This document shows positions 39,752-49,462 of a DNA stretch of 64,000 bases, piece by piece (positions within the stretch are counted from its first letter, which is position 1; each line of letters starts with the position of its first letter). The position numbers were made by a program, and so were the translations under genes. A model generated the notes under the pieces. It had not been told where the DNA came from. It ran no database searches and was given only the letters and a program-made list of their open reading frames with translations. This stretch comes from Tubulanus polymorphus (taxonomy: Eukaryota; Animalia; Nemertea), in assembly GCF_964204645.1 (NCBI RefSeq), contig NC_134029.1, positions 15,308,950-15,372,949 on the forward strand, in the 5' to 3' direction.

Positions 39752-40158
39752 AATAAAAATAATGAATATCTAGAATCCGAAATGACTTATCTGGACAATT
39801 TAATTGCTCCGCATAGATAGACAAAAGTAGTGAGATATTCAATTATTTTTTTTGCTTTTTTTCTAAAATATTAATCCATTTTTTTTATTGTCAATTTTGG
39901 AATTTCAGAAGTATTTTCATTTTTGATAGCAGTTGTTTCAGAATTATAAATATCATGAATTTTATTTGATTTCTTATACCAATTACACCCAATCAAAATG
40001 AATACAATTACAAATCCAACTGTAAAATATAGACTTTTATCAAATATTCTATTATTAGAAGGAGTAGAAATAACAATATTTTTACCATTTTTATTACTTA
40101 TTTTTTCTTTTACAGCTTTTTTATATTCTTGTATTTAATTCCTAATTGCCGAGACCAT

Positions 40159-40765
40159 TCAATTTGTTTCTGAGTTCTCGGGTTTTTCTTCACAGTTAAT
40201 TCCTTCACTTCTTCCACCTCGCTCATTTATTATAGAAATATTTTTACTTTCAATATTTGAAAATGTTATAACCCCAGTTGATAATAATGTCATAAATCCG
40301 CCTAATTGAAATGATAAATATCCAATCCATTTATCTAATTCAGTCATAACTAAATAATCATTTTTTAAATCGGAATATAATTTATTTTCATCTTCAATTG
40401 GTAATATATAATTACATAATTTACTATAACCTTTAACTACATTTTCTGATAACGCGCTATTAATTCTAGCTGTTCTCGCGGCTTCATAAATCTTAAATAA
40501 TCTAATAATTTCATCTGATTTCATTGTATCTAATTCATTATAAGTTAAATTTTTACCGATAAAATTTTTTACATTTTCCAGATGCTATTAATATTTCTAA
40601 TTGATGTTTACAATAAAGATAATATTCATAATTATTATTTGTTGTAACATTATTTAAAGCACCATCATCTGGAGTTAATTTTGTTTCTGTTATTCCTAAA
40701 TCATCTAAAGTTTTTTCAATTGGAACATCACCATTTTTAGATTTTATTTTCTTTTCACCTACCAT
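40159..40765 (-). pseudogene. Conserved Polinton hypothetical protein (~200 aa, one frameshift) with hydrophobic C-terminus
   Basis: ORFs 40553-40765 and 40159-40524 join via one frameshift. Homologues are present in copies A (9820-10415) and C (37900-38325). Confidence 0.7.
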
Positions 40766-40794
40766 TTATATAACAAAAAAATTATTTGTGATGT

Positions 40795-41058
40795 TGCAAC
40801 TTGAATGTAACTAGAATTCAACTAGATTAACAAGCTAGTTGAAATATTGTTGTTTTTGTTTATTTCTTGTTAAATCTAGTTGATTTTTGTTCCAACTACT
40901 AACAACTAGAATTCAACTAGAATGTAACTAGAATTAAACTAGATTAGCAAACTAGTTAAAATATTGTTAAATCTAGTTGATTTTTGTTCCAACTACCAAT
41001 AACTAGAATTCAACTAGAATGTAACTAGAATTCAACTAGATTAACAAGCTAGTTGAAT
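40795..41058. repeat. Intergenic AACTAG-based tandem/palindromic array (copy B)
   Basis: 11-bp units AACTAGAATTC/AACTAGAATGT nested in ~100-bp higher-order repeats, with CAACTAG..CTAGTTG inversions. Confidence 0.85.
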
Positions 41059-41640
41059 TTAAATAAATTCATATTTAAATGGGTGTTGTAATCTAAATAG
41101 TAATTTTGATCATTTAATATTTTTCAACTTATCCATAGATTCATTATGTAAATCATGTGGAATAATATCATTTTCCTCAAGTGCATTTTTCATCGATTTT
41201 CTGTCTTTATTGTAGAATAAAACTAGAAATCTAATGTTTTCTCTAAAGTCTTTAACAATTGAATTATATTTTTGATTTAAAACCCAAGTTGTTATCCCAA
41301 AATGTCTCCCAGAGAAAGCTAAATAACATTACTCACTTTCTCTAACTTTTAAAATCATGTAAATTTGCGCTATCATCTACAATGAATAATGTATTTGATC
41401 CTTTATAAATATCAATTGCTATTTTTATACAATTATCTAAATTTTCTTTTACTGTTTTAGGATCTAATATAATAAATTTATTATTTCTAGTAATATTTCT
41501 GTCATAAGTTTGATTAAATTCATATGTTGGACAAAATATTATCAAAATAGTTTTCATAAACAGTTTCTAATAAATTTAATATAAAATAAGTTTTTCCACA
41601 ATTTGTTACGCCAGAAATTAACATATAATGAGGCTCAAAT
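41059..41640 (-). pseudogene. A32-like (FtsK/HerA) genome-packaging ATPase, disrupted
   Basis: Walker A MLISGVTNCGKTY (41590-41625), IFCPT, Walker B LFIVDD, arginine-finger region FSGRHFGITTWVLNQKY..FRENI. Confidence 0.9.
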
Positions 41641-42593
41641 ATAAAAATACCCATCAACTTCTTCACCATTTAAATCTTCTAATTTATAGACATATGGTTT
41701 TGTTGTTATTACCTTTTTTATTTTATATATTTCTCTAGTAAAATTTCGATCGTATCCTTTGTCAAATATCTTTTTATACTTAGAAATTCTAACATTTTGA
41801 CCAACTTTAAATTTAGGTTCACCAAAATCATCTACAAGAAATGCTCCATATAAATTATTCCAAACAATTTCAGCATTTTCAGGTTTTCTAGCATTAATAG
41901 GTTTCATTCCAATAGAAGAATGATAAGAATTATTATATCCTTCTATCAATTTTGGTAAAACATCAATCCATTTAAAAGTATTATTTGCTGTAAAATATTT
42001 CCACATTCTTGTTCTTAATGTTCTATTAAATCGTTCAACAACTGCTGCTTTTTTATACGATTTTGTTGAAAAATGTTATGATTGTCCAAGAGTTCATGAA
42101 CAAGTGAATTATCAAACTCTTTTCCATCATCAAATTGTATTTTTTCTGGTTTTAGTTTATCATCCGAAAGAAATTTTCTTAAAAAATTTGATGTTTGTAC
42201 AGCCTCTTTTCTATCAAGTGGGAAACTCCATACATAACGACTAAAAATATCAATTATATTCAATATCCACCAATAATCATCATTATCTTTCTTAACATTT
42301 TTCATATCAATTAAATCTCCTTGCCACTGTTGATCTACATAACTTACCATAGTTTTACGAGTTTTATATTTTCTAACAATTTTTTTATGTGTTGTGTATG
42401 TTGGTTGTTCTAACATAAATTCATTTATATCTTTATATTTAACTAAATTTTGTGGGATTATCTTATCTAATTTATCTTGTTTTACTTGACGCCATATATT
42501 TTTGGTAGAAGAATAAGCAACCGAACTCTCAGGGTTGTAATATAAATTTCTTAAATATTGTTCTTTAGTATTAGGAGTTCTTTTACCGCCCAT
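41635..42593 (-). pseudogene. Polinton retroviral-like (rve) integrase, one frameshift
   Basis: LRNLYYNP, QPTYTTHK, QWQGDLIDM, IIDIFSRY, IQFDDGKEF, KAAVVERFNRTL, YNNSYHSSIGMKP, KFKVGQNVRISK, EEVDGYFY. Confidence 0.93.
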
Positions 42594-42623
42594 TTATATA
42601 TCGTTAATTTTAACTTTATATTT

Positions 42624-43825
42624 CTAATATTGAATACTATCTAATTGTGAATTTACAATATTTAATTGTGCGTCAGATATAATATAAATGTGCATTTTGA
42701 AATTTTTGTCTCCTCTTTTCTTCGCCATGAATGATTGTATTTCATCTTTAGTGTTCTGTAGTTTTTTCCCAGAACCATGTAATGAATTATCCTCTGTTGT
42801 TCTAAAATCTAACCATAATGCATATTTATTGCCGGTATAATAATCAATTTGATTAATATTACAATTTTCAAATGATTTTACTTTTTCATTCATAAAATGT
42901 TTTCTAATTTCTGGCCACTGATCTATCATTCTCATTCCTTGGCAAAATATTTTATTTGCTATTCCTTCGATAGTTATTTCTACTTTTGTTATTTCAGGAT
43001 TATAATACCTTATAATTATCTACCTTTATTGCACCATTAGAATATGTTGCAATGTTGTAAAAAATATTAATATACCTTTAATAGATCTTCTTGGGAAGTT
43101 AATATTCTCATTAATTATTTCATCATTTCCATTAATAGTTACAGTTTTAAATATTATCAATATAATCATATAATAATGAAAATCCTTGATTGTATTGAGT
43201 TTGAATTGTGCTAGCAATATTTTCATTAGTTGCTGTGTCATATTCTAAACATATATTCGATAATTTATAACCCATATCTTTAACAACGCTAGATAATACA
43301 ATTTCATTTACAGGAGCAAATGTTATCTCAAATATAATATCTTCTTGAATTGCGTATTTACATAAAGGTGCATTATTATTTATCAATTCAAAGTCTAATG
43401 GAATTTTATATTTGCTTCCATAAATCTTTTAAATCAAATTATCTGTGGCACGAGTTACTATTGCGTCATTAGCTCCTGATCCTAATTTATTATGGTTTTC
43501 TGATTAGATGCCTTGAAATATCATATTATTTCTATTTTCTTTAGTTAACCATAAATCTTTATAATGCATAAATAAATTATAATCATCAAATGAGAAAACT
43601 GTTTCTGGACCAATCTTTATAGTTAATTTTTTAATCAAATATCTCCCAACATTATCGACAACATAATTATTATCATGACCAGTTACTTTTATATCGGCTG
43701 ATAAATAAATACTATTTGGAACATAAAAAGTATTTTGTGTTAATCTAGGAATTCTAACATATAAAGTTTCATCGGGATTAATATTTGAAGGATTATGAGT
43801 AATTATATGATGTGATCTTTCTGCT
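42624..43825 (-). pseudogene. Probable double-jelly-roll major capsid protein, multiply frameshifted, start apparently missing
   Basis: About 400 codons of beta-rich sequence: HHIITHNPSNINPDETLYVRIPRL..DNVGRYLIKKLTIKIG..YKDLWL..YKIPLDFEL..FEITFAP..YKLSNICLEYD..ENINFPRRSIKGILIFF..YNPEITKVEITIEG..YALWLDFRT..HGSG. The call rests on size, position and pattern; no profile search was run. Confidence 0.7.
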
Positions 43826-45224
43826 TTACTAGCCCAAAAATAATAGCACTTACAACTGTAATTAAAAATAAAATAATATATTCAGCAGCAAAGTTAAGAA
43901 TATTACCTGCAGATTTCAATATAAAACCAACAATTGATGCAATACTTCCTGGTAAAGCTGCAGCAGATTTTTTAGATAGTTCCCATAAATATTTTGCTAA
44001 TTTCTTTAAACCATCTTTAACTTTATCTTGTATGGAATTATTATCATTCGGGGGTTTATCCGGTTTATTTGGAGTAGGAGTAGATTTTAAAGCATTTGAT
44101 ATTGCTAAACCTATTGTTGTAAATAACATAGTTACAGCTGTTAGAATTGAAAGAATTGTTATTCCTTCTAATTTAAATAATAATCTTATTCTATCTTTTA
44201 ATGATATTTTAGAATCTGGTTTTATCAACAAATCTTTAAAAATAACTTTTAATCTATTAATATTATAATCATATGATTTTAATAATAATTTAATTTCTTC
44301 TTTTTGTAATTCTAAATTATCTTTTAAATTATTAATTTCTTTTTCTAAACGTAATTCTTTTTGTCTATATTCCATTTCATCAATTACTTGACGATCAGGA
44401 TCAGACTTTAATTGTTCTATCTCTTTATTTTTATCAGTTAATTCTTTTTCTAAATTTTTAATTTTAATATCTCTTATACTTTTATCATGTGCAATTTTAT
44501 CAGATGCAAGTCTTATACTTTTAATATCTCTAATTGCTTCAACAGAAAATATATTATTTAAATCTTCTAATTCTTGATCTGTTGCATCAATTAATTCATT
44601 CGGTAAAAGTTTTTCAATTAGAACTTTATTTGATTTAAGTTTACTAGTTTTGGAAGTTATATTCTGTTCAGAAGTTGTTTCTGTTTCTGATTTCTTTTTG
44701 ATTATTTCAAATAATTCATTAATTCTTTGTTTAAATACGTCTATATCATTATCAGTTAATTCTTGTTTTATAACATCAGTTATTACATTACTATTACTAA
44801 TTCTTTTAATTCTATCTGGAGGATTTAAATCAATCAAAGTTGATTTTGCTAATATTTTGTTTTCACGCTTATAAGTGATATCAATATAATAATCACCTTT
44901 CAAATGATAATACCATTTACCATTATCTAAAAATTTTAATTTATCTGCCAAAGATCCAACGGCTTCATTTTCAATTATACGTTTTAATTTAGGTATTTTG
45001 TTTAAATTATTTAAATCTTTTTTTACTAAATCTGGGTCTAAATTTTCAGGATTTAATTGTGATTCTGCATTTTTAATATAATCAGGCAGATTTAAATTAT
45101 TATTATATTCTGGCTCATTACCATCATTATAACTTGTTTCACTGAAATCAGGTTGTTGTTCATCAGTTATACCAGGTTCATCTAAAGGATCCATTCCAAT
45201 ATCTTCTCCACCTTCTACATCCAT
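43803..45224 (-). CDS. 473-aa Polinton protein: acidic N-terminus, coiled coil, C-terminal hydrophobic/amphipathic helices
   Basis: Open ORF with heptad-rich middle, then EGITILSILTAVTMLFTTIGLAI and AAALPGSIASIVGFILKSAGNILNFAAEYIILFLITVVSAIIFGLV. Confidence 0.75.
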   Translation of the reverse strand: MDVEGGEDIGMDPLDEPGITDEQQPDFSETSYNDGNEPEYNNNLNLPDYIKNAESQLNPENLDPDLVKKDLNNLNKIPKLKRIIENEAVGSLADKLKFLDNGKWYYHLKGDYYIDITYKRENKILAKSTLIDLNPPDRIKRISNSNVITDVIKQELTDNDIDVFKQRINELFEIIKKKSETETTSEQNITSKTSKLKSNKVLIEKLLPNELIDATDQELEDLNNIFSVEAIRDIKSIRLASDKIAHDKSIRDIKIKNLEKELTDKNKEIEQLKSDPDRQVIDEMEYRQKELRLEKEINNLKDNLELQKEEIKLLLKSYDYNINRLKVIFKDLLIKPDSKISLKDRIRLLFKLEGITILSILTAVTMLFTTIGLAISNALKSTPTPNKPDKPPNDNNSIQDKVKDGLKKLAKYLWELSKKSAAALPGSIASIVGFILKSAGNILNFAAEYIILFLITVVSAIIFGLVKQKDHII

Positions 45225-45241
45225 TTATATAATTAAAAAAA

Positions 45242-46594
45242 TTAAAATTTAAAATATAATATTCCTCCTATAACAATTCCTATACAAGTTAAAGCTAATT
45301 TAGTATTTTCATGGAATTTATTATCATTATCAGTTTTAATTATATCATGTTGAATATTATCAGTTTTTATATTTTCTGATGTATTGTAATCTTTTATTTT
45401 AGAATCATTATTTAATTGAATATTATTAGTTTTAGTTTCTGTTGATTGAATATGTTTTTTATTTTTTTCACCTTCCATTAATTTTGGAGCAGTAATAATC
45501 TTTTTATTTATATCATTTAATCCAAATGAATTATTCATTGTTGCAGTTTTAATTAGATTATTATAACCGAATATATTTCCCATCTTTAGTACTAAATCAT
45601 TTGAAATAATTAATAGATTAGGTCCTATACAATAATTTAATCTAATATGTGATTTATCTAAATAATTTTGATATCTTACAATGTTTTCTGGAATCGATCT
45701 ATTTTTATCATTATGAATTGAATCTTCAAATAATACTTTAAACTGTTTCTGCGCATCGAATGAAGTGTTATCATTTCCAACTATTGGTGATCTTGTTTCA
45801 ACTTGCGCACCTAAAATACATATCAAATAAGTTCTAATAGATTGATTTATTCTTTGTATACCAGCTTTAGTAAAACCTTCGCTATTTTCTAAAATGAAAT
45901 TAACCCAACCATTATTATTTTGTTGTTGTATATTATTATAATATTTTGGTAATTCATTCCAATTAAGTGTTCTTATATCTGAATTTGTCATTATTTTTCC
46001 AAATTCTTTAGTATATAATATTCCTAATCCACCCATTGTTCCAATTTTTGCTCTAAAATCTTTATTTGAATTAATATTAAATTCATTACATATTTTATAA
46101 AACTTAGAAAAATTAATATTATTATTCAATTCAATTTTACTCCTCTTTAAATTGATTCAATTAAAATATTTTGAACCTGGTAAAGGACATTCTAATTCAT
46201 CTGATATTAATTTTATTTGAAAATAAGTATGAAATCTAAAAAGTGATAACATCAATGGTAAACTTGGTTTGTTTAAATGATCATTCCAACTTATTCCGCA
46301 TCCTGTTGTTGCGCAATAAACAGCAAAATTTAATTGGTTCTGCCAATACTTCATATTAGATTTTAATAACCATTGTTTTGCCTCATTTAAATTTTTTAAA
46401 TTAATTGTATACACATGAAATATATTTTCCATCTTTACATGAAAATTATTACTTTCAGTAACATAAATATATAAATCAATTAATGAATTTAAAACTTCAT
46501 TTCTATATGTAATATCTTTATTAAAATATTTTGCAGGAATATTATATTTAATTGATTTATTATATTGGAAAGCTTTTGGAAAACTATCTGCCAT
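45242..46594 (-). pseudogene. ~450-aa Polinton protein with C-terminal TM anchor, split by a frameshift near 46150
   Basis: ORFs 46157-46594 (YWQNQLNFAVYCATTGCGIS) and 45242-46129 (GFTKAGIQRINQSIRTYLICILGAQVETRSPIVG..LALTCIGIVIGGILYFKF). There is no separate start signal between them. Confidence 0.65.
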
Positions 46595-46610
46595 TTATAT
46601 AATTAAAAAA

Positions 46611-47036
46611 TTAATAATTTACGAATTCTTTTAATAATTTATCTTGTTCTTCAACTGTTATATGGCCATTTAAACTTATTATATAATCTAGTGTATTCTT
46701 AAATTTATTAATTTCTTTTATATTAGTTTTAATTTTTTCTTTATTACTTTTTATATTTAATTTTGAACTTATACCGGTTAAAACACTTAAACTTAATCCT
46801 AATACGCCAATTGATATAGCTAAAGGTGTTAATGGGCTGAATATTGCTAGAAATGTTATTACAGAACTAATTGTAACCGAACCACTTATAATCAAATAAT
46901 ATATAATTTTACTTTTTAAATATTTTTTCTTTTTAACTTTTAAATCACTTTCAAATTCTAATATTTGTTTCTCTAAATATATTTTTAATTTAGTTTTATT
47001 TATATCATGAGGAATAATATCAATATTATCATCCAT
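46611..47036 (-). CDS. 141-aa protein with two TM helices between coiled-coil segments
   Basis: Intact ORF; IIYYLIISGSVTISSVITFLAIFSPLTPLAISIGVLGLSLSVLTGI. Confidence 0.7.
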   Translation of the reverse strand: MDDNIDIIPHDINKTKLKIYLEKQILEFESDLKVKKKKYLKSKIIYYLIISGSVTISSVITFLAIFSPLTPLAISIGVLGLSLSVLTGISSKLNIKSNKEKIKTNIKEINKFKNTLDYIISLNGHITVEEQDKLLKEFVNY

Positions 47037-47054
47037 TTATTTAGCAAAAAATTA

Positions 47055-47477
47055 CTAATTAGTAAACTTATAAGCAACAAATATAACAATAACTGTTCCG
47101 CCTAAAATCCATATTATTTCATATTTCTGTTGTTCTTTACTCGGGGTATAATAATCTGATAATTTAGGTTTGTATAGATGTAATTTTTCTTTATTGGTTA
47201 CCGCGTTATATAAACTCATTGCATCATCAACTGATTGAAAATCTCTATGTGAAATCTTCTGATCATATAATCCTTTGTTAATATAATCCATATAGTTTTG
47301 TCTTTTTTCTCTATATTCTTCTGCTGCTGTATTATATTTCTCTAATGCTAAGTTATGTCTTTTTTGTTCTGTTAATGAACCATTTTTATCAATATGTTTA
47401 AATAAATACCCACCACCAGTAAATGCTAAAGCGTTAACAATTGCCGATCCTATAACAGTTATAACTGCAGAAGCCAT
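47055..47477 (-). CDS. 140-aa protein with hydrophobic N- and C-termini
   Basis: Intact ORF MASAVITVIGSAIVNALAFTGGGYLF..EQKRHNLALEKY..IIWILGGTVIVIFVAYKF, with a TAAATG start. Confidence 0.75.
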   Translation of the reverse strand: MASAVITVIGSAIVNALAFTGGGYLFKHIDKNGSLTEQKRHNLALEKYNTAAEEYREKRQNYMDYINKGLYDQKISHRDFQSVDDAMSLYNAVTNKEKLHLYKPKLSDYYTPSKEQQKYEIIWILGGTVIVIFVAYKFTN

Positions 47478-47501
47478 TTATTTAGTAAAATAATTATGTA
47501 T

Positions 47502-47723
47502 TTATATGGGAGGAATATATTTTTGTTTTTCTAAATAATCAATAGTTAAATTAGATAAAGTAACTGCTAATGTTAATTTTAAAATATCATTTATATCAAA
47601 TCTATCAACATTAACACTTCCCATTTTGAATAATTTTTTTAATACCATTGAATAACCAACAGTTCCAACTGATAGTAATGCTCCATTATATAATCCAGTT
47701 ATTATCCACTTATTATCACTCAT
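47502..47723 (-). CDS. 73-aa hydrophobic/membrane protein
   Basis: Intact ORF with two hydrophobic segments, tightly packed between its neighbours. Confidence 0.65.
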   Translation of the reverse strand: MSDNKWIITGLYNGALLSVGTVGYSMVLKKLFKMGSVNVDRFDINDILKLTLAVTLSNLTIDYLEKQKYIPPI

Positions 47724-47739
47724 TCATTTATCAAAAAAA

Positions 47740-48065
47740 TTACTATCTTCAAAATATTTAGTTAACTTATTTATGATTAAATCAACATTTATTTCATTAC
47801 TAGTTTCATTTGTGTATATTTATAACCCTGGTTTTAAAAATAGATGAAATCATTTATTTTTATTTCCAATATGAATTAAAAATTCTCTATGTTCAAAAGT
47901 TTTAGCCGTTATATTATGAAAAGAATTACATAAACTTATATTAACTAATTTTAAATCAACACAATTCTTAAATTCTCTATCTAATTGAACTTGTAAATTA
48001 TGTGATTTATAATTTGTAAGTTTTCTAGAATCAACAAATATTCTGTATTCTTTTAATTCTACCAT
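47740..48065 (-). pseudogene. Possible minor capsid (penton-like single jelly-roll) protein, N-terminal remnant
   Basis: IFVDSRK..HNLQVQLDREFKNCVDLKLVNISLCNSFHNI..LKPGL resembles the IDSR..L..KNV..L..NS.YNI..PG.Y start of PLV/NCLDV minor capsid proteins. Truncated. Confidence 0.5.
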
Positions 48066-48136
48066 TATTTATAACATAAAAAATTACCGCTCATCACTAA
48101 AAATTAATTTTAATAAAATTTTTCCTTAATATATCG

Positions 48137-49462
48137 ATGAGAAGATACCATTTGAAATTTGTGGTGAACTTCTAAGAAAAAGTAATATGGCTCGACATAT
48201 GAAAAAACATGGTGAAAATTATAAACCCCCTAAAATAAACTGCCCAAAATGTAATAAAATATTCTCAAGAAATTATGATAAATAACATTCAGAGAAGTGT
48301 AAAATTAATGGCGCAACGGCTAATGTTGATAGTAACGAAAGTAATAGTAATTCTGTTGAAGTTGAACCTGAAATTATTTGGAAAAGACCTTTCTTATTCT
48401 ATGACAAGGATAATATAAAAGATCATATCTGCGAGCCTTGTCGAATGAAATTTAGTCCTGAAAATATAGAAGATTGGGAGAATCATCAATTTCGAAAAAT
48501 ACATATAGATAAAATTTCTAATAAATTTGAAGCAGAATTCAATGAAAGAAAAAATAGTTCATTAGAAAAAATAAAATATGAGAAAAACGTTACAAGATAA
48601 TAAAGAAACAGTTGAAAAGTTAGAAAAACAATATAATGAATTAACAAGAAAAACATATTATTGTAAATATTGTAAATTGATTATTACAACAAGTAATTCA
48701 AATCTACATAATAGAACAATAAAACATAAAGAAAACGTAAGAAAATACCAGGAGCTTAATGAAGATCTATTACCAATAAATTATAAACAAAAATGCACAC
48801 AATGTAATTATGCGACCTTAAGGAAAGAAGGTACTGTGTTATTTTGTAATGAATGCGGATGGCAAAAGACTTTATGGGGTGAAGAAAAAACTAGAGATTT
48901 TCTCATAGAACCAAAATTAAATTATCTAGATGAAATTTTTAAAATATTTTCTATAGAATATCATACACCAGAATATAAGCAATGGCTTGAAAAAATGAAA
49001 ATAATAGAAAATGAAAATGGTGAAATAACTAAAAAAGATATTATAAAAACAATTATTCCATCAACATTTAACACAAAAGAAAAGAAAATGTATTTATATT
49101 TATTATTTAACGATTATTATGAAAAACCTTAATTAACAGAAGAAGATATGGAAAATATAAAAAAAACATTCAAACAAATATTAATGTATCATTTGGAAAA
49201 TAGAATAACAGATTCAATTAATTATGAATTCTTTTTAAATGAGATTTTAAATTATTTAAACATCGATATTATAATTCCATTTGAAGCATTAACAAACAAA
49301 AAGAAACAAAGAGCGCTATATGAAATGTGGTACAAGATAGAACTTTATTTAAATGAGAAAAATGAAATGGAAGAACCTAAACAAATTATACAAGAACGAT
49401 TAAATGAAAATGAAGAAGCCAATAGTGATTTCGAGTATGACGATACTGATTTTATGTTTTAA
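48137..49462 (+). pseudogene. Multi-C2H2 zinc-finger protein fused to a VLTF3-like (poxvirus A2) late transcription factor domain
   Basis: Zinc fingers EICG..RHMKKH, CPKC, CEPC..H..H and CKYC..HNRTIKH. Zinc ribbon CTQC..LFCNECG. ORFs 48578-49132 and 49148-49462 are in frame across one TAA: KP*LTEEDMENIKKTFKQI..INYEFFLNEILNYL..LTNKKKQRALYEMWYKI. Confidence 0.6.
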
